A stretch of DNA of 64,000 bases, from positions 224,001 to 288,000 of the forward strand of contig CAXXWC010000021.1 of NCBI GenBank assembly GCA_963668645.2, read 5' to 3'. The position numbers were made by a program, and so were the translations under genes. This document shows, one piece after another, positions 41,001 to 49,860 of this stretch. This DNA comes from Desulfobacterales bacterium. GTDB lineage: Bacteria; Desulfobacterota; Desulfobacteria; Desulfobacterales; UBA2174. Every line of letters begins with the position of its first letter. Positions within the stretch are counted from its first letter, which is position 1. The notes below the pieces were generated by a model. It ran no database searches. It was not told the DNA's origin and saw nothing but the letters and a program-made list of their open reading frames with translations.

Positions 41001-43467
41001 CCGACCCGAGGCAGGGCCGCCGTCCGCTCCGGGCCTGGATCGCGCAACCGGCGCGCCCCGGACAGTCCCGCCAGCCTTTGACCGCGGCCAGTGCCTGGAA
41101 TTCGCCCGCGGCCTGGCCGCCAAGGTGCTTGGCCCGGCCTTTGCCGAAGTGGATGGATTTGCGGTAAGGGTGCGCCTGCCGGACGAACCGTTGATGCTGG
41201 TGGACCGGATTCTGGCTGTAGAGGGAGAACCCCGCTCGCTAACATCCGGCCGGGTGGTCACCGAGCACGATGTGCTCCCGGACGCCTGGTACCTGGACGG
41301 CGGCCGGGCGCCGGTATGCATCGCGGTGGAAGCCGGCCAGGCGGATCTCTTTCTTTGCAGTTACCTGGGCATCGACCACCAGGTGCGCGGCAAGCGCAGC
41401 TACCGCCTCCTGGATGCCAAGGTGCGGTTTCACCGCGGTCTGCCGCGGCCCGGCGAAACCGTGCGCTATGAAATCTGCATCGATCGTTTCGTGCGCCAGG
41501 CCGGCACCTGGCTCTTTTTCTTCCGTTTCGAGGGCACCGTCGCCGGCCAGCCCCTGATCAGCATGCGCAACGGGTGCGCCGGTTTTTTCACGCCCCGGGA
41601 GGTGCGCGACTCGGGCGGGATCGTGCTCACTGAGGCCGAGCGCAAGCCCGAAGCCGGCCGTTTGCCCGAAGGCTTCACGCCGCCGGTGGCCGTGGAAGCC
41701 TGCACCCTGGACGAAACCCAGGTCGAGGCCCTGCGCCAGGGCGATCTGGGCGCCGCCTTCGGTTCCCGGTTCGACGGCATCCTGCTGCCCCCTGCCCAGC
41801 GCCTGCCCGGAGGGCGCATGCGCTTGATCCACCGGGTAAGGCGCCTCGATCCAGCCGGGGGGCGCTACGGGATCGGCACGGTGGAGGCCGAGGCGGACAT
41901 CGATCCCGAAGACTGGTTTCTCGTCTGCCACTTCGTCGACGATCCCGTCATGCCCGGAACCCTGATGTACGAATGCTGTGCCCATGCCCTGCGGGTCTTT
42001 TTCCAGCGTCTCGGGTGGATCAGCCCAGAAACCGGGGCCGGCTTCGAGCCGATCGAGGCCGTCGAAGCGGTGCTCAAGTGCCGCGGCCCGGTCACCCCTG
42101 AAACCCGACAGGTGCTCTACCGGGTGGATGTGCGCGAATTGGGGTACGGCCCTGAACCGTTCATCATCGCCGACGCCCACATGTACGCCGACGGTGAACA
42201 CATCGTCATGTTCCAGGGCATGTCGCTGCGTCTTTCCGGGGTGACCCGCGACGAGATCGAGGCCTTCTGGTCACAGCGCGAAGCGACGCCCACGACGGCA
42301 CCCAATGATCGCACCTATCCCTACGAGCGGATCCTGGCCTTTGCCGTGGGCCGGCCCTCGGAAGCTTTCGGCGACGCCTACCGGATCTTCGACGACCAGC
42401 GGCGCATCGCCCGGCTGCCGGGCCCACCCTACCTGTTCATGGACCGCATCGTCGCGGTCGAGCCCGAACCGTGGCGTCTCGAGCCCGGGGGGTGGGTCAC
42501 GGCCGAATATACCGTGCCCCGGGACGCCTGGTACCTGCGCGCCGACCGCTCCGGGGGGGGGTTGCCTTACTGCGTGCTGCTGGAAATCGCCCTGCAGCCC
42601 TGCGGCTGGCTGGCGGCCTATCTCGGTTCGGCCCTCCATTCACAGCAGGATCTGAAGTTTCGCAACCTCGGGGGCACGGCCACCATCCACCGCACGGTGG
42701 ATCCCGCCGGTGCTCTGCTCACCATGCGGGTGCGCCTCAAACAGGTATCCGAAGCCGCCAGGATGATCATCGAAACCTTCGACATGGAAGTTTGCGATGC
42801 CATCGGTCCGGTCTATTCCGGCGAGACCACCTTCGGTTTTTTCAGCGCCAAGGCCCTGGCCAACCAGGTGGGCATTCGCAACGTGGAGGAGCGATTTGCA
42901 CGCCTCCAAACCGACCCGGCAGACGGTGGATCGGTCCTGCTGGAAGACTTCCATCCCCTGACCCCGGACGATCCTGCCACCACCGCCGGGGTGGGGATGC
43001 CGGCCCTGGCCCTGCGCATGATCGACAGCCTGCAGGCCGCGGCTCCCGGCGGCGCTGCCGGAGGGTTGGGTTATCTTCGGGGCCTCAAGACGGTCAACCC
43101 GCAGGAATGGTTCTTTACGGCCCATTTCTTCCAGGATCCGGTCTGCCCCGGCTCTCTGGGGATCGAATCGTTTCTCCAGTTGCTGCGCTTCGATCTGCTC
43201 TCGCGCAGCCCGCAGGAAAAAGCGCCCCTGCGCTTCGAACCGTTGACAGGCCTTGCCCATCGATGGATCTACCGGGGCCAGATCATCCCCCGGAACCGGC
43301 AGGTAACCGTGGAGGCCGCCATCCGCGAGCGCGGCACACCGGCCGATCCCTTCGTGCGGGCCGACGGCCTGGTCTCGGTGGACGGCCGGGCGATCTACCA
43401 CTTGCAAGACTTCGGCCTGCGGATGGTGCAAACGGATTGCACCTCGGGACAACCGAAAGTAGAGTAA
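38038..43467 (+). CDS. pfaC: PfaC-type PUFA synthase subunit: KS-CLF-FabA-like DH domains, no AT domain
   Basis: KS DAACASS, HGAGT, GHLLTAAG. Second KS lacks the Cys (VSAQALGG), i.e. CLF. DH motifs RLPDEPLMLVDRI, WFLVCHFVDDPVMPGTLM, RLPGPPYLFMDRI, WFFTAHFFQDPVCPGSLG. No GHSxG. Confidence 0.9.
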   Translation: MQKPFEIAVVGMGGVFPGAPDTATFWRNICDARSAISDAPPERWIAPAEAVVRSAPEPDKALGRRCGLVTGLDFDPDGFTLPASEIRDLDPLYHLVLQAGREAVAGGCLRRVHTRRAGTILAAIALPTNGSSLLAHHLFSQAVAAQIDPAGKARLHPPSRAACRAARVTGFPAAVLASALDLGGGGYTLDAACASSLYAVRLACDALTAGRLDAVLAGGVSRPDCLYTQIGFSQLRALSPSGRCAPFDAGADGLVVGEGAGILVLKRLADAVAAGDPIHAVIRAAGLSNDMRGNLLAPEVLGQVRAMHNAYRQAGWIPGRVDLIECHGAGTPVGDRTEIESLHRLIADNGPPPGACAIGSIKSMIGHLLTAAGAAGLIKTILAMQNRVLPPSLNFTTPADARLDGSGPFRVQTRASSWEPVHGDGLRRAAVSAFGFGGINAHLLMEQWRPEPSVRQAAHVATQKPMPVAIVGLAARVGSREGLSPLADGAPYLAPLSDRRWRGLGRMADRIFTQRPRGAFVENLEFPAGRFRIPPSEIPDLLAQQLLMLQVGAAALADAGLPVRDQRPRMGTVIGMEFDPQATDFYLRWRWTRVGDRCEPESQWPADLDDPQALAAWRRHLGQAVSPPLTPTRTVGNLGGIVASRLAREFGLGGPSFGVSAQALGGLQALEIAVRFLQQGEADLMLAGAVELTGDLRNLVANHVLDGLGGPQLPVGEGALALVLKRLDDARSDGDRIHAVIEGIGAASGTWHDQAPMAPEVLVHAATAAFEEAGPRAGQIDGVAPLGTGFERIESVENEALAAIFDPDPAPPADTALPICGFAGCAAGLTALVRAVLRMDGCSGPAGSPASDEKISPPPHRAVLVGGPSTDGGALYLVLSGGGSGRKRDAAQSPDNGAKIAVPVSRPLQIPPLPPGPAARSAGEPSISRPNEEDPAAALNRLVAGSAAMARAHEAYLDLSLQLRRQYIEALGLQARLGAALASEPGVRRPEAGPPSAPGLDRATGAPRTVPPAFDRGQCLEFARGLAAKVLGPAFAEVDGFAVRVRLPDEPLMLVDRILAVEGEPRSLTSGRVVTEHDVLPDAWYLDGGRAPVCIAVEAGQADLFLCSYLGIDHQVRGKRSYRLLDAKVRFHRGLPRPGETVRYEICIDRFVRQAGTWLFFFRFEGTVAGQPLISMRNGCAGFFTPREVRDSGGIVLTEAERKPEAGRLPEGFTPPVAVEACTLDETQVEALRQGDLGAAFGSRFDGILLPPAQRLPGGRMRLIHRVRRLDPAGGRYGIGTVEAEADIDPEDWFLVCHFVDDPVMPGTLMYECCAHALRVFFQRLGWISPETGAGFEPIEAVEAVLKCRGPVTPETRQVLYRVDVRELGYGPEPFIIADAHMYADGEHIVMFQGMSLRLSGVTRDEIEAFWSQREATPTTAPNDRTYPYERILAFAVGRPSEAFGDAYRIFDDQRRIARLPGPPYLFMDRIVAVEPEPWRLEPGGWVTAEYTVPRDAWYLRADRSGGGLPYCVLLEIALQPCGWLAAYLGSALHSQQDLKFRNLGGTATIHRTVDPAGALLTMRVRLKQVSEAARMIIETFDMEVCDAIGPVYSGETTFGFFSAKALANQVGIRNVEERFARLQTDPADGGSVLLEDFHPLTPDDPATTAGVGMPALALRMIDSLQAAAPGGAAGGLGYLRGLKTVNPQEWFFTAHFFQDPVCPGSLGIESFLQLLRFDLLSRSPQEKAPLRFEPLTGLAHRWIYRGQIIPRNRQVTVEAAIRERGTPADPFVRADGLVSVDGRAIYHLQDFGLRMVQTDCTSGQPKVE

Positions 43468-43496
43468 AATGCATATGATGGCAGATGGAACGTTTC

Positions 43497-44549
43497 ATGA
43501 ACCACGAACTGCACTATGAACGGGTGCGCATCGCCGCTTTGGGCTACGAGCTGCCGCCCCACGTGATCGCCTCGGAAGACCTGGAAGAGCGCCTGGCCCC
43601 CCTGTACAGGGCACTGCACCTTAAGCCCGGCCAGCTCGAAGCCCTCACCGGAATCGTCGAACGCCGCTGGTGGGATCCGGGTTTTTCCATGGCCGCAGGC
43701 GCTACCCTGGCCGGTCAAAAAGCCCTTGCCCAGGCCGCAATCCCGGCCGGCGAAGTGCAGATGCTGGTCTATGCCGGGGTTTGCCGGGACCATCTCGAGC
43801 CGGCCACGGCCTGTGCCGTGGCCCACCGCCTGGGCCTGCCGCCCGAGGCCCTGGTATACGATGTTTCCAACGCCTGCCTGGGAGTTCTCAACGGCATGCT
43901 CCAGGTGGCCGACGCCATCGAACTGGGGCGCATCCGCGCCGGCCTGGTCGTATCCTGCGAGTCGGCCCGCAGCATCGTGGAACTGACCATCGCACGCCTG
44001 AACGCCGAACCGACCATGGACAATTTCAAACACTGCGTGGCCACCCTCACCGGCGGCAGTGGTGCGGTGGCCGTGCTGCTCTGCGCGGCGGGACGCGACG
44101 GCGGCGACTCTTGCCTCTGCGGCGGGGTGGTGAGAAACGCCGTGGTCCACCATGAGTTGTGCCGCTGGGGCACCGACACGGACAGCCCGGTTCACGGCAC
44201 CATGCGCATGGATACCGACGCCCTGGGGGTGCTGGAAAACGGCGTGGCCCTAGGCCGCGACGCGTATCATGATTTTGTGCGCGCCATGCCATGGTCGGGA
44301 CGCGCCCCGGACCGGGTGGTCTGCCACCAGGTGGGCGCCACCCACCAAGCCACGGTCCTCGAAGCCATCGGAATCCCCAAGGACAAAGACTTTACCACCT
44401 TCGCCGTTTTGGGCAACGTCGGCACCGTGAGCCTGCCGATCACCGCGGCCATTGCGGCCCAGCGCGGCGTGTTGAACCCCGGCCAGCGGATCGGCTTTTT
44501 CGGTATCGGAAGCGGTTTGAACTGCATCCTGATGGGGATTGAATGGTAA
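43497..44549 (+). CDS. oleA: OleA olefin-biosynthesis thiolase (FabH-like head-to-head condensing enzyme)
   Basis: LEERLAPLY..L....GQLEALTGIVERRWW, EPATA (Glu base), DVSNACLG, ATLTGGSGA, CHQVG, GNVGTVSLP, GIGSGLNC. First gene of a canonical oleABCD order. Confidence 0.92.
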   Translation: MNHELHYERVRIAALGYELPPHVIASEDLEERLAPLYRALHLKPGQLEALTGIVERRWWDPGFSMAAGATLAGQKALAQAAIPAGEVQMLVYAGVCRDHLEPATACAVAHRLGLPPEALVYDVSNACLGVLNGMLQVADAIELGRIRAGLVVSCESARSIVELTIARLNAEPTMDNFKHCVATLTGGSGAVAVLLCAAGRDGGDSCLCGGVVRNAVVHHELCRWGTDTDSPVHGTMRMDTDALGVLENGVALGRDAYHDFVRAMPWSGRAPDRVVCHQVGATHQATVLEAIGIPKDKDFTTFAVLGNVGTVSLPITAAIAAQRGVLNPGQRIGFFGIGSGLNCILMGIEW

Positions 44550-44568
44550 AAGGAGACTATTCTCTCGC

Positions 44569-45525
44569 ATGAAGCGATCCGTTGCCCATATCCCCCGCCG
44601 TGGCTGGGGGCATCTTTACCCCTTCGGTTCCCATTACCTGGATCGCGACGGTCTGGCTTACCACTACCTGGACGAAGGCCGAGGCGAGCCGCTGCTCATG
44701 GTGCACGGCAACCCCACCTGGTCGTTTTTCTTCCGTTCCCTGGTCCTGGCCTTGCGTCCCCATTACCGCTGCGTGGCCCCGGACCATATCGGATGCGGAC
44801 TTTCAGCCAAGCCCGGACCGCAGGCATACGGCTATCGGCTCGAAGACCGGGTCGATGACCTGGAGCGGCTCACCGGGGCGTTGGGACTGAACCGGGGTGT
44901 CACGCTCATCGTGCACGACTGGGGAGGGATGATCGGACTGGCCTGGGCCTTGCGCCGCCCGCAGCGCATCGCCCGGCTCGTCATTCTCAACACCGCCGGA
45001 TTCCTGCCGCCGTCGCGAAAACCGATTCCACTGCGCCTGCGTCTGATCCGCGATTTTCCCGCCCTGGCCGAACCGGCCGTACTGGGGCTGAATCTGTTCG
45101 CCCGGGCCGCCGTCTGGATGGCACCCCGCCGGTCCCTGGCACCCGCCGTGAAAACCGGCCTTCTGGCCCCTTACGACCGTCCGGCCCACCGTCTGGCCAC
45201 CTTGCGTTTTGTGCAGGACATCCCTTTGTCCGCCGCGGATCCGAGCTATGCGACGGTGTGTGCGGTGCAGCGAGATCTCCAGCGCCTGGCCCATCTGCCC
45301 ACCCTGATCTGCTGGGGAATGCACGATTTTGTCTTCGATCAGGATTATCTGAAAGAGTGGCGGCGGCGTTTTCCGCGTGCCGAGGTCAACCTTTTCACCG
45401 ACGCCGGCCACTATCTGCTCGAGGATGCCCCCCAAGCGGTGGCCGGCCGCGTGCTGGCCTTCCTCGGCCGGCACGATCCGGCTTCCGCCAAACCCCAAGT
45501 GAAACGGATGCTCAATGGCCGATAA
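44569..45525 (+). CDS. oleB: OleB alpha/beta hydrolase (beta-lactone decarboxylase, haloalkane dehalogenase-like)
   Basis: LYPF, HYLDEG, VHGNPTWSF, APDHIGCGLS, VHDWGGMIG, WGMHDFVF, AGHYLLED. Confidence 0.9.
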   Translation: MKRSVAHIPRRGWGHLYPFGSHYLDRDGLAYHYLDEGRGEPLLMVHGNPTWSFFFRSLVLALRPHYRCVAPDHIGCGLSAKPGPQAYGYRLEDRVDDLERLTGALGLNRGVTLIVHDWGGMIGLAWALRRPQRIARLVILNTAGFLPPSRKPIPLRLRLIRDFPALAEPAVLGLNLFARAAVWMAPRRSLAPAVKTGLLAPYDRPAHRLATLRFVQDIPLSAADPSYATVCAVQRDLQRLAHLPTLICWGMHDFVFDQDYLKEWRRRFPRAEVNLFTDAGHYLLEDAPQAVAGRVLAFLGRHDPASAKPQVKRMLNGR

Positions 45526-47237
45526 CACCCAGATCAACGTCGCCTTGCACCTGCGGCAGATGGCCGAATGCCAGCCGTTCAAACGGGCCGTGGTCTGTCC
45601 GGCGGGTCGCGACGGGGCCGGACGGGTGGCCTACGCCCACCTGACCTTCCGCCAACTCGACCAGGAATCGGACCGTATCGCCCACGGGTTGGAAATGGCC
45701 GGCATCCGCCGCCAGACCCGCACCATCCTCATGGTCCGGCCGAGCCTGGAGTTTTTTGCCTTGACCTTCGCTTTGTTCAAGGTGGGGGGCCGTCCCGGTG
45801 GTCGTCGACCCGGGAATGGGCCTTCGACGCATGATGGCCTGCTTTGCCGAAAGCCGTCCCGAAGCCTTAATCGGCATCCCTGCAGCCCACATGCTGCGCA
45901 CGGTATACCCCAAATTTTTCCGCACGATAAAGGCTTGGGTGACCGTAGGACGCCGCTGGTGGTGGGGTGGGGCCACCTTCGAGCAGCTGCGCCGTCGCCC
46001 CTGGACGGCTTTTCCCATGGCCCGCACCACCCGCGACGAAACCGCGGCGATCCTGTTCACCACCGGTAGCACCGGTCCGGCCAAAGGGGCGGTCTACACC
46101 CATGGAATCTTCGACGCCCAGGTGCGCCATATTCAGGACCACTTTCAGATCGGAACCGACGAGATCGATCTGCCCACCTTTCCGCTCTTCGCCCTTTTCG
46201 ATCCGGCCCTGGGCATGACGGCCGTTATCCCGGACATGGATCCGACCCGTCCTGCCCAGGTCGACCCGACCAAAATCATCGAGGCCGTCCTCGACCACGG
46301 AGTGACCAACATGTTCGCCTCGCCGGCTCTGCTCAACCGGGTGGGCGCCTTCGGCCGCGAGCACGGGGTGCGCCTGCCGTCCCTGCGCCGGGTGGTGACG
46401 GCCGGGGCCCCGGTCAGTCCGGCCAACATCGAACAGTTCTGCACCCTGCTCGAAGAGACCGGCCGCATTCACACCCCTTACGGGGCCACCGAAGCAGTGC
46501 CGATCATCAGCATCGCCAGCGACGAAATCCTCGGTGAAACCCGCCGGCTCACCGAGCAGGGATTCGGCATCTGCGTCGGGCGCCCTCTGGACGGAATCGC
46601 GGTGCGCATCATCCGCACCCTGGACGAGCCCGTCAACCGTTTGACGGACAAACTAGCGGTGGCCGACGGCGAGATCGGCGAAATCACGGTCAGCGGCGAT
46701 CTGGTCACCCGCGAATACTTCGAACGGCCGATGGACACGGCCCTGGCCAAGATCGCTGATGATGGCCGCTTCTGGCACCGCATGGGCGACCTGGGCTGGC
46801 AGGATAAAAAGGGGCGCATCTGGTTTTGCGGGCGTAAGAGCCACCGCGTCATCACGTCCCAGGGCACCCTTTTTACCATCCCCTGCGAGGCGATCTTCAA
46901 CAGCCATCCCGCCGTTTTTCGCAGCGCCCTGGTCGGCGTCGAAAAACCGCCCAACCAGCGACCGGTGATCTGCATCGAACTGGTCCCGGAGCTGCAAAAC
47001 GCCGACAAGACCCAGATCGAGCGTGAACTTCTGGCACTGGGTGCCGATCACGTCCATACCCGGCAGATCGAGGCAGTGCTTTTCCATCCGGGCTTTCCGG
47101 TCGACATCCGCCACAACGCCAAGATTTTCCGTGAGAAGCTGGCCGTCTGGGCCGGGGAAAAACTCAAGGGGCGAGGCCCAAGACGTGCGACGCCGCAAAA
47201 GCTGGAAAACGCTGAACCGGGTGAACCGCCGTCTTGA
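45515..47237 (+). pseudogene. oleC: OleC beta-lactone synthetase (AMP-dependent ligase) with one extra G in the G6 tract at 45784-45789
   Basis: ORF 45515 (NVALHL...FALFKVG) joins ORF 45798 as LFKVGAVPVVVDPGMG if one G is removed. FTTGSTGPAKG, TPYGATE, WHRMGDLG, VDIRHNAKIFRE. May be a sequencing error. Confidence 0.85.
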
Positions 47238-48323
47238 CAGCCCTGCTTGCATTGCAGGCCGATCAACCCATGGCACATCTAATGCGAAAAAAAGGTGCCC
47301 CATCGACACATGCTGCCGATCGGCCAGTGGTTCTGGTTACCGGGGGGGGGCGGATTTCTGGGCCGGACCGTCGTCCGCATGCTCGTCGAGCGCGGCGAGG
47401 AGGTGCGCAGCCTGGCCCGACGCTTCTATCCCTCTCTGGCCGCTTTGGGGGTCGAGCAGGTCCAGGGCGATATCGCCGATCCCCAGACGGTCGATCGGGC
47501 CTGCACCGGGGTAAATCTGGTGATCCATACCGCGGCCCGGGCCGGGGTTTGGGGGCCTTACCCCGACTACTACCGGCCCAACGTGGTCGGCACCCGCAAC
47601 ATCATCTCCGCCTGCCGCCGCCTGGGGGTCAAGCGGCTGGTCTACACCAGTTCACCCAGCGTGGTCTTCGACGGCGCCGACATGCAGGGAGTGGACGAAT
47701 CGGTTCCCTATGCGAAGATCTTCCACACCCCATACCCCGCCACCAAGGCCCTGGCCGAACAGGCGGTGCGCACAGCAGCCGGTCGGGACCTGGCCACCAT
47801 CAGTTTACGCCCCCATCTGATCTGGGGGCCGGAAGACAACCACCTCGTGCCGCGCATCCTGGCCCGGGGCCGGCGCCTGCGACGGGTGGGAGACGGCGCC
47901 AACCGGGTCGATACGATCTACATCGACAATGCCGCTGCGGCCCACCTGCTGGCTGCCGACGCTTTGGCACGTGATCCGCAACTTTCCGGCCGGGTCTATT
48001 TCATCAGCCAGGACGCGCCGATCCGCCTCTGGGAGATGGTCGACCGGATCCTGGCCGCAGGCGGACAGCCGCCGCTGCAAAAAACGATCTCCCCGGCCGC
48101 GGCCCGCCGCCTGGGTGCCTTGCTCGAACTGTTTTACAAAACACTGTACCTGCCCGGCGAACCGCCCATGACCCGCTTTGTGGCCGAGGAACTGGCCACC
48201 AGCCACTGGTTTGACATCTCGGCCGCCAAGCGGGATCTGGGCTACCGGCCGGCAGTCGATACCGCCGAGGGGCTCCGACGTCTGGCCCGGTGGCTCGGCC
48301 AGAGCCCCGGCGTGCGGTCCTGA
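47234..48323 (+). pseudogene. oleD: OleD NAD(P)H-dependent 2-alkyl-3-oxoalkanoate reductase (3-beta-HSD-like SDR) with one extra G in the G9 tract at 47342-47350
   Basis: Removing one G restores VLVTGGGGFLG (Rossmann motif). HTAARAGVWG, YTSSPSVV, YPATKALAE, LRPHLIWGP. Start uncertain (47234/47270/47282). May be a sequencing error. Confidence 0.85.
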
Positions 48324-48329
48324 CAATTT

Positions 48330-49205
48330 TCAGGGATCGAGGATTTCGTAACTGCAAATGGGCGGGCTGGCGCGCAGGTTTCCCAATACACGCTCCAATA
48401 AAATCCCCTGGCGGGTGTCATACGCATAGCCGAAGGTGGCGCGCACCCCCAGGGAGATGAACTGTACGGCCCGATCCAGGGCGATGGGCAGGCTGTCGCC
48501 CTGCAGCAGGCACCCGACGATCACACTGGCAAAGGCGTCTCCGGTGCCCGGATACTGGGCAGGCAGATACCCGCAAGCGACCTTCCAGAAACGCCCGTCA
48601 CCACGATTGTAGGCCACCACCGCGGTGCTATGGCCCTGGCCGATTTCCGGCACCGAGGTGATGATCACGGTCCCCGGTCCCCGTTCGGCCAGCTGCACGG
48701 CCCAATCCATCACCTGCCGCAGGCCGGCATGGGGGGCGTAATCCTCGCCGAGCAGCAGGGCGACCTCGGTCAGGTTCGGGGTGATCACGTCGGCATGCGC
48801 GATCAGGGCGCGCATCTCGGCCACCATGTCGGCTGCCAAGGGACCGTAGAGGACCCCATCGTCGCCCAGCACCGGATCAACCACCACCAGTTGATCGGAT
48901 TGGCGAAAATGATCGATGAAGTCGGTGACGATGGCGATCTGGCGGTGGGACCCGAGAAAGCCGCTGTAAACGGCATCGAAGGTCAGTCCCAGATCCTTCC
49001 AGTGCTGGATCATGGCCGGCATCTGGTCGGTGAGATCCACGAAATGATAATCGGCAAACTTGCTGTGGGTCGAGAGCACCGCTGTCGGCAAAGGGCAGAC
49101 CTGGATACCCATGGTGGACAGGATGGGAATCACCACAGTGAGCGACGCCCGGCCGAAACCGGACAAATCATGAATCGCGGCAACGCGTTGGACCGGATTT
49201 TTCAT
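48330..49205 (-). CDS. pdxK: Pyridoxal/pyridoxamine kinase
   Basis: AIHDLSGFGRASL, PLPTAVLSTH, YSGFLGS, VDPVLGD, ITPNLTE, GTGDAFAS. Confidence 0.88.
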   Translation of the reverse strand: MKNPVQRVAAIHDLSGFGRASLTVVIPILSTMGIQVCPLPTAVLSTHSKFADYHFVDLTDQMPAMIQHWKDLGLTFDAVYSGFLGSHRQIAIVTDFIDHFRQSDQLVVVDPVLGDDGVLYGPLAADMVAEMRALIAHADVITPNLTEVALLLGEDYAPHAGLRQVMDWAVQLAERGPGTVIITSVPEIGQGHSTAVVAYNRGDGRFWKVACGYLPAQYPGTGDAFASVIVGCLLQGDSLPIALDRAVQFISLGVRATFGYAYDTRQGILLERVLGNLRASPPICSYEILDP

Positions 49206-49456
49206 GGGTGGGGTCAATCCTTTCTTTTACCCGGCGACCTCAAACCGTAAACCAAACCGTCATTTCGACCATATCAACCGGTTTTCCGAGGTACCTGTTT
49301 TGCGTGGGCTTCGCAAGCCGTTTGTTCACTTCGAGTCTCCGACAAGCACGGCTGAGAACGGGAACCGGTTGACCGCAATGCGCCGCTCTGCTACGGCTGG
49401 ATGATCCGGTGAATTCGACGTGCAAAAAAATGGATTCAGACATTGAAGGGCGGGAA

Positions 49457-49860
49457 ATGGCGATTTTGATCCCCGACCTGAAAAAGAGGCTGAATTTTCT
49501 CCTGTTGTACGGCACTCTGATCGCCGCGGCAGGCATAGGGGCTATGGCGGCGTGGGCGGCCAGGCCGACGGGACCGGCACCGCCCGCAACGCCATGTCCG
49601 ATCTGCCCGGTGACATGAACGGTGACCAGGCGATCAGCCTTGAAGACGCTACGATCGCACTGCGGATCATTGCGGGAGAAGGTACCGAGACCCAGGCCAA
49701 CCCGTCCGGGGACGTGGACGGGGACAGTCGCATCGGACTGGTGGAGGCGATCTATGGGCTGCGAAGCATCGCCGGCCTTCAAGCGCCGCTGCCCGCGTTG
49801 ATCAGATCCGCCGCCGCCTACGAAACCGCCCCGAGCTGCGCCGCCGGCGATCTGGAAAAG
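49457..49860 (+). pseudogene. Signal peptide plus dockerin-like (EF-hand) duplicated motif; frameshifted N-terminus of the serpin gene
   Basis: MAILIPDLKKRLNFLLLYGTLIAAAGIGAMAAWAA (signal-like) is in one frame. GDMNGDQAISLEDATIALRIIAG / GDVDGDSRIGLVEAIYGLRSIAG is in another frame. Confidence 0.6.

Noticed and set aside
44569..45525. Haloalkane dehalogenase call
   Set aside because: Its position between oleA and oleC identifies it as OleB, a known HLD-like family.
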